A DNA stretch of 64,000 bases. Origin: an uncultured Nitrososphaerota archaeon. GTDB taxonomy: Archaea > Thermoproteota > Nitrososphaeria > Nitrososphaerales > Nitrosopumilaceae. Positions 41,367 to 52,393 of this stretch are shown here, in pieces. The notes beneath the pieces were generated by a model. It saw only the letters and a program-made list of their open reading frames with translations. It searched no databases and was not told the DNA's origin. Both the position numbers and the translations under genes were made by a program. Position 1 is the stretch's first letter. Every line of letters begins with the position of its first letter. The DNA lies in the NCBI GenBank assembly GCA_963824385.1, contig CAWGPD010000003.1, positions 32,001-96,000 of the forward strand. The letters run 5' to 3'.

Positions 41367-42438
41367 AAATGGAAAATGGTAAAGGCGCACAAAGAAATGC
41401 AAGTGCAATAACTAATGCAAACATTCTTTTTCTTTTTTTAGATAATGGCGAAATGTCATCTAATGGTTTTACATCTTGACTTCTCATACTTAACACCAAA
41501 ACAAATAATGCCATTATGTAATATCCTGTAGAAGCTAGAATTCCTATACTTGCATATGTTAGAATTCTATGCCATTTCACACCAAAAGTTGCTCTAGCTA
41601 CGTGACCACCATCAAGTTGCCATGCTGGCAAAAGATTAAGAAATGTTATGAGAAATCCAAACCAAGCCGCTAACAAAACTGGTGACATTACAAGTTCTTG
41701 ATTGGGAACATGTTTTCCAACAAGAGAAATTGTTGCATCCATTAGAATGCTAGAATGTAATTCCATGAGACCAGATTTTTCTAAAAGTTCGTGGGCTTGT
41801 GAACTTGGTACCATTGGAGATATGTATGCCCCATATGTGGAAACAATTATTGCTACAATAAGGCCTGCTATAGGACCTGAGATCCCGATATCAAAAAGTA
41901 TGTTTCTATTTGCAATTAACCCACGAGACATTATGAGAGCTCCAAAAGTTGGGATGAATCCAAATACTGGAATTCCTGGGATGAAATAAGGCCAGCTGAT
42001 CTTGAGTTTGTGTATCTTTGATGCAATCATGTGACCAAGTTCATGAATCCCAAGTATTCCCATTAAGGAGATGGTGTACAGAACAGCAATGTATAGTGGG
42101 TCATCTCCTTTCACAATCAAGTTTGTACTGATGGCTCGATAGTAGCCATCAATCATTACAGTTACTATAGTTGCGGCAAACAGTGCTCTTGGGATCCAAA
42201 ATCGTCGTGACTTTGGAGGTATAAATCTAGAAATTAGTAAAAATGTTTTCCCAAAATTTGATTCTAATCTAACTATCATGTTCTTTGATTCCATTTTTTG
42301 AACTAGTTGAGGAAATTTCTTAGTTACATTATTTCCAGAAATCTCAATTTGTAGTATAGTTGGACTTTGATTAAATCCAACTATAGTAAAATATGAGGAA
42401 ACATCAGATAGGACTTCATCAAGAGTTGATATGTTCAG
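41359..42438 (-). CDS. site-2 protease (M50) family zinc metalloprotease; probable CTG start at 42438
   Basis: HELGH, GP, NLLPAWQLDGGH; the frame stays open 48 codons upstream of the ATG at 42294. Confidence 0.9.
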   Translation of the reverse strand: MNISTLDEVLSDVSSYFTIVGFNQSPTILQIEISGNNVTKKFPQLVQKMESKNMIVRLESNFGKTFLLISRFIPPKSRRFWIPRALFAATIVTVMIDGYYRAISTNLIVKGDDPLYIAVLYTISLMGILGIHELGHMIASKIHKLKISWPYFIPGIPVFGFIPTFGALIMSRGLIANRNILFDIGISGPIAGLIVAIIVSTYGAYISPMVPSSQAHELLEKSGLMELHSSILMDATISLVGKHVPNQELVMSPVLLAAWFGFLITFLNLLPAWQLDGGHVARATFGVKWHRILTYASIGILASTGYYIMALFVLVLSMRSQDVKPLDDISPLSKKRKRMFALVIALAFLCAPLPFSIFT

Positions 42439-42516
42439 ATATGCGCTCTTGGCTGGCTTTAATTATTTCCCTTATTTGCTTAAAGTTAAATAATTAATAA
42501 TTCCAGTATCATCAGG

Positions 42517-43017
42517 ATGCAGGTAGCATTAAGAGAAATTGGAAACTGTGTAATTAGAAGATGCGATCTATCTGATTTAATTTCAACCATGGAGATTAAC
42601 CTAAAAACATTACCAGAACATTATTCTGACTATTTCTATGAAAGCCTACTTGCTGAATTACCTGAAGCATTTCTAGTAGCTGAGGTAGACAAGAGACTTG
42701 TTGGATATATTATGTGTAAAATTGAATATGGCTTTTCAAACTTCAAAAAACTTGGATTTGTAAAAAAAGGTCATGTTGTATCTGTAGCAGTATTGCCAGA
42801 GTATAGACGAAAAGGAATTGGAGAAGGTCTAGTTCAAGAATCTATTGAAGGGATAAAACTGAAAAAATCTGATGAGCTCTATCTTGAGGTCAGAACTAGT
42901 AACAATGAAGCGGTAAAATTGTATGAAAAACTTGGATTTATTATAAAACAGAGACTAAAAGCCTACTATCGTGATGGCGAAGATGCGTATCTTATGGCAA
43001 TTGAGTTTGCCTACTAG
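42517..43017 (+). CDS. N-terminal acetyltransferase (Ard1/RimI-like)
   Basis: LPEHY, HVVSVAV...RRKGIG, YYRDGEDAYLM. Confidence 0.93.
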   Translation: MQVALREIGNCVIRRCDLSDLISTMEINLKTLPEHYSDYFYESLLAELPEAFLVAEVDKRLVGYIMCKIEYGFSNFKKLGFVKKGHVVSVAVLPEYRRKGIGEGLVQESIEGIKLKKSDELYLEVRTSNNEAVKLYEKLGFIIKQRLKAYYRDGEDAYLMAIEFAY

Positions 43018-43054
43018 ATTAAAATAAATAAGTCAGAAAAAGACTCTATAGCTT

Positions 43055-43276
43055 ATGACAAGACAACGAAATGTTGGAATTATGATCTTTGTCTTGGCAA
43101 TTGTAGGATTTTTTCTCTATGCATATCTACTAATGCTCTCTGAATGGAGTCCTATTGTACTACAACTCTCAGTATTAATGGCCGTGGGAGGAATTCTTGG
43201 AGTCATTTCTTGGATAGGATATAACATGGCAACATCAAGACCATCTCCATCTTCTCTTGTAACAGATGACAAGTAA
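43055..43276 (+). CDS. small two-TM membrane protein
   Basis: 73 aa hydrophobic; 'WIGYNMAT'. Confidence 0.7.
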   Translation: MTRQRNVGIMIFVLAIVGFFLYAYLLMLSEWSPIVLQLSVLMAVGGILGVISWIGYNMATSRPSPSSLVTDDK

Positions 43277-44113
43277 TCACTTGGATATCGCAGCATCAAC
43301 AACTGCTTGATAAAATCTTGGACCTACGGGTCTTACTATCTTTGCTCCTAAAATTTCTGATTTGACCTTTACAACACTTAGAAAATGCTGCGGTGCAAGT
43401 GATGCGACCTGGTCTTTCTTTTCTGCATGAATATGACAGTAATAGTGAATTATTGCTTTTTTCTTTGCTGCTTTTATGGCAGAGTCTAAAAATTCGTCTG
43501 ATCTTTCAGGTAATAACATTAAAACTCTGTCTCCTACTTCAAGCAATCTTTCTTCTATTATTTTTGTAGCATCGCCCTCTATGGATTCAACAGTTCCTTT
43601 TAGTTTGTTTAATAGTATATTCTCTGAGCATAATCTAGCTGCATCAGGATTGATATCTATATTGTAAACATGACATTTCTTTTTCTTTGCCGCAACAATA
43701 GAAAACATTCCAACACCACCAAACATATTGATTATTGTCTCTCCCTCATTGATCAATCCTGCAATTCTATCTCGCTCAGTTGAAAGTCTCGGTGAAAAAA
43801 AGGTCTTTTCCACATCCACTTTAAATCTACAACCATGTTCTTTGTATTCTGTTTCAGTCTTGTCTTCTCCTGCAAGTAACTCTAGTTTTCTTATTCTAAA
43901 ATCTCCCTCAACTGGAGATGATTGGGCATAGACTGATCTTGCAGTCTTTACTTTATCTAAAAGTACTTCACCAATTATCTTTCTTTTTTGTAAAAGAGAA
44001 TCTGGAATTCTTAATATGATTATATTTCCTATCTGATCAAAGGCACCATAAAGCTCGTCTGCCTCTACTTCTGTGAGGATTCCAATCATTGCCTGTTTTA
44101 GCATCTTTGTCAA
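43277..44113 (-). CDS. Trm5/TYW2-family tRNA methyltransferase
   Basis: FFSPRLSTER, NMFGGVG SAM motif, DINP. Confidence 0.88.
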   Translation of the reverse strand: MTKMLKQAMIGILTEVEADELYGAFDQIGNIIILRIPDSLLQKRKIIGEVLLDKVKTARSVYAQSSPVEGDFRIRKLELLAGEDKTETEYKEHGCRFKVDVEKTFFSPRLSTERDRIAGLINEGETIINMFGGVGMFSIVAAKKKKCHVYNIDINPDAARLCSENILLNKLKGTVESIEGDATKIIEERLLEVGDRVLMLLPERSDEFLDSAIKAAKKKAIIHYYCHIHAEKKDQVASLAPQHFLSVVKVKSEILGAKIVRPVGPRFYQAVVDAAISK

Positions 44114-45893
44114 TTTCTATAGTAAAACTTTCCAGATTGTTTTTGTTCTCTGTCCAGTCGACTCTCCAATTTGTTTACTCTAGGTCTCATACTTGTTTCA
44201 TCTCGTCTGTATGTCATTTCAAGAGATTTCAAGAATTCGTTCATACCCTCAACTTTAGGTTTTGGAGTTGTTGCATGACCTTCTCTTCCAGGAGTTCCAT
44301 GAAATATTACAATTGAATCAGAAATCAAATCCATAAGTTGAATATCATGGTCAACTATTATTGCAGATTTTCCATACGATCTTACATATCTTTGAATGAG
44401 TTTTGCTACAGTATTCTATCTTCAACATCCAAGAATGCAGAAGGTTCGTCAAGTGCATAAATGTCAACTTTTTGCAAAAGACATGCTCCAATTGCTACTT
44501 TTTGAAGTTCACCACCTGATAAATTCTTGACAGATTTATTGTATAATTTTTTTATCTTCATTGGATTGACTATGATTTCCTCTTCCGGAGTTTCTTCTAT
44601 TGTTCCACCATGTGCTTTTTCAAGAAGCGTAATTACCTCAACATCATAATCATTTGTTAGATATTGCGGTTTGTAGGCAATCTTTACTTTGCTTTCTATA
44701 TTTCCAGAGTCAGGCTTTTCAACACCTGCAATCATCTTCATCATTGTTGTTTTTCCTAATGCATTTGCACCTACGACGCCTAGAACTTCGCTTTTCCTTA
44801 CTCTGCCTGCTTCAATTGAAAGTGAAAAATTTGCAAATTTTTTCTCTAATTTTGGATATGTCATGATATTTTCTATAGTAACAAATTCATCTATGGTGTT
44901 AACTGCATCAAATTTGAATGCGATATCTCTGAACCTGACGTTTTCATTAGGAAGATATCCATCTAGGAATACATTGATTCCAACCTTGGTTGAGAGCATG
45001 CTTGCAACTATGCCATATGCTGCAGGCTCACCATAAAGAATCTCGATAAAATCACTAAGATAGTCTAGTAATGTTAAATCATGTTCTACTACCATCACAC
45101 TCTTTCCAATTTTTGCAAGATCTTGAATCACTCTTGCAACTCCGATTCTCTGAAAGACATCGTTATACGATGAAGGCTCGTCAAAGAAATAAAAATCTGA
45201 TTCTCTTGACGCAGCAACGGCCACGGCTATTCTTTGTAATTCTCCTCCACTCAGGTCTGCCAGTGTATTTTCTAAAGAATTTTGTAATCCAAGTTGTTGA
45301 ATCAATTCTTTTGCCTTTCCACGTTCATCATATTTTTCAAAAAGTTCTTTTGCAGTACCATCAAATACTTTTGCTAGGTTGTACACTTGCTGAGGTTTTA
45401 TGGATGCCTTTAATTCGTTATTTGCAATTTTTTCAAAATGCGGTTTAAGTTCAGTACCTTGAAAATGTTTTAAAATTTGACTCCATTCCGGAGGTGAAGC
45501 AAAATCTCCTAAGTTTGGTCTTAGATTTCCAGATAATATGCCTACAACTGTACTCTTGCCAATGCCGTTTCTTCCTAGTAGACCCATGACTTGACCTTTC
45601 TTCAAACTTGGAATTTTGTAGAGTCTAAATGCATTTTGTCCATATTGGTGAATCTTATCTGATTTTAATTCCTCTGCTAAATTGACAATTGTTATTGCAT
45701 CAAATGGACAAACCTTGACACAAATTCCACATCCGTTGCAAATGTTTTCATCGATTTGAGCCTTGGCGGTTTCTTCATTTAGAACTATACAATCTGATCC
45801 CATCTTGTTTACTGGACAATATTTGATGCATTCCAGCCCACATTTTTTTGTCTGACAACTTTCTTTATCTAAAACTGCTACTCGATGGGTCAT
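44110..45893 (-). CDS. ABCE1/Rli1 ribosome recycling ATPase (1-nt deletion at ~44411)
   Basis: N-terminal 2x[4Fe-4S] Cys motifs; two ABC domains with LSGGELQ; restoring AGCT gives EDRIAVAKLIQR...VDHDIQLMDLISD. Confidence 0.95.
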
Positions 45894-45969
45894 GTGTAAC
45901 CACTTTTTTCTGAATTTATATCTCTATCAAGTAAGATTAATACATAACATTAGAAATTAAAGAAAACAA

Positions 45970-46084
45970 GCCGGCCACAGCGTTGGGGTCCGACCCGGTC
46001 CCATTCCGAACCCGGAAGTCAAACCCAATGTCGCTACTGTGCTACTTAGGTGCGAGAGCCCTTGGGAAGCAGTAGTGCTGGCGC
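45970..46084 (+). rRNA. rrf: 5S rRNA (ends approximate)
   Basis: GGCCACAGC...CCCGGTCCCATTCCGAACCCGGAAGTCAAACC...GGGAA...GCTGGC conserved 5S blocks, followed by a T-tract. Confidence 0.95.
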
Positions 46085-46089
46085 CTTTT

Positions 46090-46347
46090 CTATTCTAGTG
46101 CTACAGAATTAGGTGTGGCATGCCATGTCGTTTCTATAGGTGTATCTTCATCAACGCCTCTTTTTTGCGAATCGTCTGGAAATTCATTGATATATTCCAA
46201 TAGTAGATCTTTGACAATTTTATCAATCTCTACAATTGATGGCGTATCTGTGAATAGAGATGGTATCTCACTACATGCTACGACATAGCCGTTTGCGTTA
46301 GGTGTTATAGTAAAGGTGATTTTGTGGGCTCTATGGTTATTTTGCAT
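46090..46347 (-). CDS. HicB/DUF1902-like protein
   Basis: 'GYVVACSEIPSLFT...SIVEI' resembles the HicB N-terminal fold; ATG at 46347 avoids overlap with the divergent ORF. Confidence 0.55.
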   Translation of the reverse strand: MQNNHRAHKITFTITPNANGYVVACSEIPSLFTDTPSIVEIDKIVKDLLLEYINEFPDDSQKRGVDEDTPIETTWHATPNSVALE

Positions 46348-46399
46348 TATATTGTATTGTATACAAAACCTAAAAAGATCTCGGTCATTTAGTAAAATC

Positions 46400-46528
46400 A
46401 TGAGCAATTGTTCTATATGTGGAGAAAAATTCTCTGATGACATTAGATTCCTAAATCATATGATGGACAAGCATGGATTTAGAAATCCAAATAGCGGAAC
46501 TCCTGACAGAAATAGTAGAGGATACTAG
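46400..46528 (+). CDS. 42-aa C2H2 zinc-finger microprotein
   Basis: MSNCSICGEKFSDDIRFLNHMMDKH = C-x2-C-x12-H-x4-H with the conserved F. Confidence 0.75.
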   Translation: MSNCSICGEKFSDDIRFLNHMMDKHGFRNPNSGTPDRNSRGY

Positions 46529-46536
46529 TAGTTCTT

Positions 46537-46926
46537 TTAAGACTTTAGAGATATTCTTTCACTATTGGAAAGCAGACTCTTTGTTCTTGTAAAAAAAGAT
46601 CTTATAGTTTTACAATCTTGACTACAACTAGAAGATGGCACGTACTCTAGTTTTGTTCTTGACTTGCCCATCAGAATGCTTTGAAGGAGAGGTAAAATTG
46701 CTGCTCTTCCACCGTAGGCAGTTTTCTTTGTTATAAACCAGAACATTATAGTAGAATCATAATCTTGCTTAAAAATCTCTGATTTTATTTTCATACCTAT
46801 ATCGGAGTAATGACCTACTAACAAGATCTTGTCTTTAGCAAAGGCATGAACAAAGCTAGCAAATTTTGAACACAGATAACATTTATCATCATAAATCACA
46901 AGGGGGACAAGTTCTCCAATATTCAT
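46537..46926 (-). CDS. DCC1-like/DUF393 thiol-disulfide oxidoreductase family protein
   Basis: 'VIYDDKCYLC' DxxCxxC motif. Confidence 0.7.
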   Translation of the reverse strand: MNIGELVPLVIYDDKCYLCSKFASFVHAFAKDKILLVGHYSDIGMKIKSEIFKQDYDSTIMFWFITKKTAYGGRAAILPLLQSILMGKSRTKLEYVPSSSCSQDCKTIRSFFTRTKSLLSNSERISLKS

Positions 46927-47043
46927 GTTTATCACAAGTTGTTTTTGGATTAATGTTTTGTGAAATAACTTTTTATTTGATACAAATACGGTAAAAATCA
47001 TGAATTTGAATTCTAGTTATAATTTTGAAATTCAAATTATGGA

Positions 47044-48717
47044 ATGGGTATGGCCCTAAATTATTATCATATTTTCAAGAGAGTAAAAGAAGCAAGAAAA
47101 CTTGTTATCAGAGGAATCACTACCGCAGGGTCTGGTCATCCAGGCGGTTCATTCTCAATGGCCGAAATTATGGGGTGCATGTATTTCAAATTCCTAAAAT
47201 ATGATCCAAAAAACCCTCTCTGGGCAGATAGAGACAGACTTGTTTTATCCAAAGGACATGCATCTCCTGGATTATTCTCAAACCTTGCAGTAGCTGGATT
47301 TTTTGACAAATCTGAGATGGAGACTCTACGAAAATTTGGAAGTAGATTACAAGGTCATCCAGACTTGAAATGTCCCGGAGTTGAGTTCTGTGGAGGATCA
47401 CTTGGATTAGGCTTGTCATTTTCAACTGGAATGGCTCTAGCAGCAAGAATTGATGGGAAAAATCATCATATCTATACCATAATAGGAGATGGTGAATCAG
47501 ATGAGGGACAAGTTTGGGAAGCTGCCATGACTGGTTCTAAATATCGCGTTGATAATCTCACTGTTTTCTTGGACAGAAATTTCATTCAGCAAGATGACTA
47601 TACTGAAAGAATAATGCCCCTAGATGAGGAGCTTGTAGGTGATGATATTTCTGAGATGTGGAAAAATGCTGCAAGGTGGAAAGTGGGAGACAAGTGGAGA
47701 TCTTTTGGATGGAATGTTTTAGAAATTGATGGTCATAGAATAGAACAAATCGTCAAGGCAGTAAACTCTGCACTTCAAACAAAAGGAACACCAACTATTA
47801 TTGTATCTCGCACAATCAAAGGCAAATCGGTAGAACACATGGAGGATAATCCAAAATGGCATGGTGTTGCACCAAATCCTCAGATATCGCCAATAATTGA
47901 TCTAGAGCTAGACTGTCAATCTTTGATATCTCCATCTGTAATTGCTGGAGATATGACAAACTTGGAAAACGAGGTTAAGAGAGCTGCACATGCACGGGCA
48001 GATTTTATTCATCTTGATGTGATGGATGGAATGTTTGTTGAGAATAAAACATTTGATCATGAAAAGATAAAACAACTAAGGCCGATTACGCCAATTCCTT
48101 TTGATACACATCTTATGATAAATGAACCTGTAAAGCATGTCAAAAACTATGTAGATGCTGGATGTGATATTATAACAGTACATGCCGAAATATGTGACGA
48201 ATCAAGTTTTGGAGAGATTCACGACATTCTTCGTTCAAACAAGGTAAGTATAGGTCTTGCAATTAATCCTAGTACTGAATTACCTCAATGGTCAGAGAAA
48301 TTTATTTCAGATTTGGATCAACTAATTATAATGTCCGTAATTCCAGGCAAATCTGGTCAAAAATACATTGAATCTACACACGAAAAGACTCAGCGAATAG
48401 CCAAATTCTTGTCTGAGAGAAAATTTGAGGGTCTAATAGAGGCCGATGGAGGTGTAGATTTGTCTAACGTTGAATCTGTTTTCTTGGACGGTGCAAGAGT
48501 GTTTGTAGGTGGTAGTGCAATAATAGGACAAAAAGATGTTCGTACAACAATACTTGAATTTAGAAAAAAGATTATGCATGCAAGAAGAAGCTTGTTAATT
48601 AACAAAGCACATACTCTTGGTGGAGTTGATCTTGTTAAAAAATGGATTGACTTACATGAAGTAGGAAAGAAAAAGACTGAACTCTTACAAATTGCCCAGG
48701 AGGCAGGTTTTGTATGA
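47044..48717 (+). CDS. transketolase N-terminal (TPP-binding) subunit fused to ribulose-phosphate 3-epimerase
   Basis: SGHPGG, LSKGH, GDGE in the N-terminal half; HLDVMDG, DTHLM, MSVIPG, ADGGV in the C-terminal half. Confidence 0.93.
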   Translation: MGMALNYYHIFKRVKEARKLVIRGITTAGSGHPGGSFSMAEIMGCMYFKFLKYDPKNPLWADRDRLVLSKGHASPGLFSNLAVAGFFDKSEMETLRKFGSRLQGHPDLKCPGVEFCGGSLGLGLSFSTGMALAARIDGKNHHIYTIIGDGESDEGQVWEAAMTGSKYRVDNLTVFLDRNFIQQDDYTERIMPLDEELVGDDISEMWKNAARWKVGDKWRSFGWNVLEIDGHRIEQIVKAVNSALQTKGTPTIIVSRTIKGKSVEHMEDNPKWHGVAPNPQISPIIDLELDCQSLISPSVIAGDMTNLENEVKRAAHARADFIHLDVMDGMFVENKTFDHEKIKQLRPITPIPFDTHLMINEPVKHVKNYVDAGCDIITVHAEICDESSFGEIHDILRSNKVSIGLAINPSTELPQWSEKFISDLDQLIIMSVIPGKSGQKYIESTHEKTQRIAKFLSERKFEGLIEADGGVDLSNVESVFLDGARVFVGGSAIIGQKDVRTTILEFRKKIMHARRSLLINKAHTLGGVDLVKKWIDLHEVGKKKTELLQIAQEAGFV

Positions 48718-49682
48718 CAGAGTTTACTGATATGAGAACAGTTTATGGAGAGACTCTAATCAAGTTAGGAGAAGAGAACACTGATGTTGTTGTAGTTGGT
48801 GCTGATACTACAGATTCATTAAAGACCAAGCCTTTTGGAAAAAAATTTCCAAATAGATTCTTCAATGTTGGAATTGCTGAAGCAAACCTGATAACTATTG
48901 CAGCAGGTCTTGCAAACGAGGGAAAAATTCCATTTGCAAGTACATATGCAGCATTTCTTCCTGGTAGATGTGTTGATCAAATACGTAATGCAATAGCATA
49001 TCCTTCAAGAAATGGTAAGAATGGATTGAATGTGAAAATGGTTGTGTCACACGGTGGCCTTAGTGTGGGTCCTGATGGTGGTTCACATCAACAAATTGAA
49101 GATATTGCAATAATGCGAGTTATTCCAAATGTTAAAGTCTTTATTCCATCTGATACTGTCACTGTAGAAAAACTAACTCGAATTTTTGCTCAAGTTTATG
49201 GTCCATGTTACATGAGATTGGCAAGATCAAAGACACCGGTAATTCATTCAAAAGAACAAGATTTTCAAATTGGTAAAGGTATTGTATTACGAGATGGTTC
49301 GGACTGTACAATTGTTGCATGTGGTATAACAGTTAGCATTGCCCTTGAGGCAGCTGATGCTTTGAAGCAGGAAGGAATAGCATGTAGAGTTATTGACATG
49401 TTCTCAATCAAACCTGTAGATTCTGAACTTTTAGAAAAAGCTGCTCGTGAGACAGGTGGAATTGTTACTTGTGAAGAACATAATATTGTAGCTGGATTTG
49501 GTTCTGCAGTTGCTGAGACCGTCTCTGATATGTACCCTGTTCCTGTAAAACGCATTGGTGCGCAAGACAAATTTGGTGAATCTGCAAGAGATGCCGAGAT
49601 TCCTCTATTACTTGAAAAACATGGTATCACATCAATTCATATATCTAATACTGTCAAGTCTATTCGGAGTCAAATCCGATGA
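48714..49682 (+). CDS. transketolase C-terminal subunit
   Basis: NVGIAEAN, GPDGGSHQ, EEHNIVAGFGS. Confidence 0.95.
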   Translation: MTEFTDMRTVYGETLIKLGEENTDVVVVGADTTDSLKTKPFGKKFPNRFFNVGIAEANLITIAAGLANEGKIPFASTYAAFLPGRCVDQIRNAIAYPSRNGKNGLNVKMVVSHGGLSVGPDGGSHQQIEDIAIMRVIPNVKVFIPSDTVTVEKLTRIFAQVYGPCYMRLARSKTPVIHSKEQDFQIGKGIVLRDGSDCTIVACGITVSIALEAADALKQEGIACRVIDMFSIKPVDSELLEKAARETGGIVTCEEHNIVAGFGSAVAETVSDMYPVPVKRIGAQDKFGESARDAEIPLLLEKHGITSIHISNTVKSIRSQIR

Positions 49683-50344
49683 AGATATTTCTTGATACTG
49701 CAAATATTTCTGCAATAAAGATGTATAATGATATGGGACTTGTAGATGGAATTACTACAAACCCCTCTCTTATGGCAAAGGAAGGCGGAGATCCTCAAAA
49801 AGTCATGGAGGAGATTGTTCGAATTATCAAAGGTGATGTAAGCTTGGAAGTGTTAAGTATGGAAACTAACGGAATGCTAGAAGAAGGCAGAAGACTAAGA
49901 AAATATGGAAACAATGTGGTTGTAAAATGTCCCATGACCCCTGAAGGTCTTAAGGCTTGCAAGACATTGACATCAGAAGGCATTCCAGTAAATGTCACAC
50001 TTTGCTTTTCAGTAAATCAAGCAATACTAGCAGTGAAAGCCGGTGCAAAATATGTTAGTCCATTTATTGGAAGACTGGATGACAATGGCCAAGATGGAAT
50101 GAATCTAATCAAAGAAATGCACCAAGTATTTCAAAATTACAAATTTAGCACACAAATTCTTGTTGCAAGTATTAGACATCCTATGCATGTAGTGGAAGCC
50201 GCAAAAATTGGAGCAGATGTAGTTACTTTACCACCTGATGTATTGGGTAAGATGTTAAAACATCCACTAACAGATGTCGGTCTGAAAAACTTTTTGTCAG
50301 ATTGGGAAAAACTCAAAAAAGATAATCCAAACATTAAGATCTAA
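49679..50344 (+). CDS. tal: transaldolase (TalC/FSA family)
   Basis: FLDTA, GITTNPSL, VVKCP, SPFIGR. Confidence 0.93.
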   Translation: MKIFLDTANISAIKMYNDMGLVDGITTNPSLMAKEGGDPQKVMEEIVRIIKGDVSLEVLSMETNGMLEEGRRLRKYGNNVVVKCPMTPEGLKACKTLTSEGIPVNVTLCFSVNQAILAVKAGAKYVSPFIGRLDDNGQDGMNLIKEMHQVFQNYKFSTQILVASIRHPMHVVEAAKIGADVVTLPPDVLGKMLKHPLTDVGLKNFLSDWEKLKKDNPNIKI

Positions 50345-50366
50345 ATTTTTTTCAATAAAATTTTTG

Positions 50367-50822
50367 CTAATGCTTTCCTATCCATTGATATCTATATTCT
50401 TCATCAAATAGTTCTGATTTTATGTCATTTTTAGACTGTCTAAATTTTATCTTGGCCTCAAAAAAACCTAGACTACCTTTGTATGGAATTGGAACTCGAA
50501 GAGCCTGCGGTTTTCTAAGCAGAAACCCGAATTTGTGACGGAAAACATCTTCGTTGAAAAGGTGTTTACCATGATCTTTTTTGAGTTCTTCTAAGGAATT
50601 GTATGATTTTACATCATAAACCTCAACTTTTCCAATAATTACTCCTATTCTTAGATTTGATTTTTCTATGCCTAATCTATCACATGCATCATCTTTGATT
50701 TTGATTGGTGCATGAATTAGACACTCTCCTCGAAACTTTGTATTCCATGTTCTTAGTTCAATAGTTTTTTTGCCATTTATTATCAAGTCGGCATAGGGTT
50801 GTGATACTGAGAGGCATTTCAT
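50367..50822 (-). CDS. ASCH domain protein
   Basis: MKCLSVSQPYADLIINGKKTIELR; GSLGFF. Confidence 0.9.
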   Translation of the reverse strand: MKCLSVSQPYADLIINGKKTIELRTWNTKFRGECLIHAPIKIKDDACDRLGIEKSNLRIGVIIGKVEVYDVKSYNSLEELKKDHGKHLFNEDVFRHKFGFLLRKPQALRVPIPYKGSLGFFEAKIKFRQSKNDIKSELFDEEYRYQWIGKH

Positions 50823-50826
50823 CTCT

Positions 50827-52393
50827 TCAGCTATTTCCCAAGACATTCAAAACTCTTTTTGGAATATCGCTTAATCTACTAACAGCAAGAGTTCGCTCAT
50901 AGCCTAATCTTCTAAGATTATTTGCAATCAATATGGCATCTTCTGTATCAGGTCCAAAGCCTATGGCGACCATCTTTATGCCAATAGATTTGAAATCTCT
51001 CATTAAATGACGAACTGCGTCAGGATCTGACGGTTCTCCATCTGTCAATGTTAAAAATATGTCTGGTTTTTTTGAACGAAGAGACGGCAATAACATGTTG
51101 TAAACTTCAGCCAGTGGTGTACTTCCATTTGCTTTTATTTGTGCAAGTCTCTTGGCAGAAATATTATTCCATTTTAAATTCTCTGGCTTTATTAGCCAAC
51201 ATACAACATGTTTTTGTTCTGTGTTAAACGCATAGACCGAAAATTTTACTTTTAAATATTCTAAAACTTCACAAAGGGCAAGTGTACGCTTTCTTGTATT
51301 GTATCTCCTGATTTGCAATACTTGAAGAGTGATCTAAAAGTATGATAATCCTGGTCTTGATTGCAATTTTTCTATCTGATATGAATGGTTTATGGTCCTC
51401 CATGTACGACTCTTCATCAAATTCATCTCCTGAAAAGACATGCTCTTCCTTCCATCCAGATTTCCATTCTTTGAATTTTGCTTTTAGGTGATTTATTAGA
51501 TCTATATCAATAATCTTTGTTTCGTCCACATTTGTTGCAGTGGGAATGTTGATTCCAATTGTTTCACTACTCAAACCTTTATTCTCTGTTCTTTTTGCTT
51601 CTTCAAGCAAAACTTTGAATTCTTCAAAAACTTCTTTGCCTTCAGAAATTTTCTGGGGATCTAATTCTCCAAAATCATCTTCACGATATTTTGCAATCTT
51701 GTTTAGAGTCTTAACAAATTCCTCTTCTGAAAGTGCCATGCCAGAACTGATTTTAGGAATTGATAGTGGGATAGTTAAAAGTGGGTCAATCTCTAAGATC
51801 TTGATTATTTCAGGTACTCTTTTTTCAAGCCAGTCTGTACCATATTTTTTTTCAATTGCCTCTTTTACTATCTCTGAGGCAAGATTGATTGCCTTTTTGA
51901 CCTTCTCAAATGCACTAAGCTGCAATTCTCCCTTGATATCCCCTAGAAGAAAGTACTGAGCAAAACCTTCCACTATTCGAGTATTTCCGAATAACGTGTT
52001 CAATAATGGTCTGTATAGCCAAGCAACTCCATATCTGAAAATAATTTCACTGTCCATTCCCTGCCAAACAGTTCTTGCAATAGTCTCAATTCTTCTTGTT
52101 TCAAGAGTATTGAGGATAAATCCAAAAGCGTGATCATTACTAAGAATTTTACTTGAATATCTGATTCTCATTGCTTCATACCACAAGGCAGTTCTGAATT
52201 GGCGATATTTTTGAAAATCAGTTCCTTGATATTTTTCTAATGGAAACATTATGACTTTATTTTCTTTTAGTTTAGTTTGTACTTCTTTTTGATCCGATAT
52301 GCTAACTATAATGGATTCTTTTCCAGACCATCTTCTAACAAGAAATGTAGATATTTCAATTAATGTGTCATTTCTAAGATGTAATGATTGCAT
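50827..52393 (-). CDS. vWA-domain protein (NorD/CbbO-like partner of the AAA ATPase); frameshift at ~51288
   Basis: MIDAS elements DHSSS, GSTP and TDGEP split across two frames; restoring AGCT gives YKKATLALCE; N-terminal 'NTLETRRIE'. Confidence 0.85.

Noticed and set aside
45970..46084. 5S rRNA unlinked from 16S-23S
   Set aside because: Normal arrangement in TACK archaea
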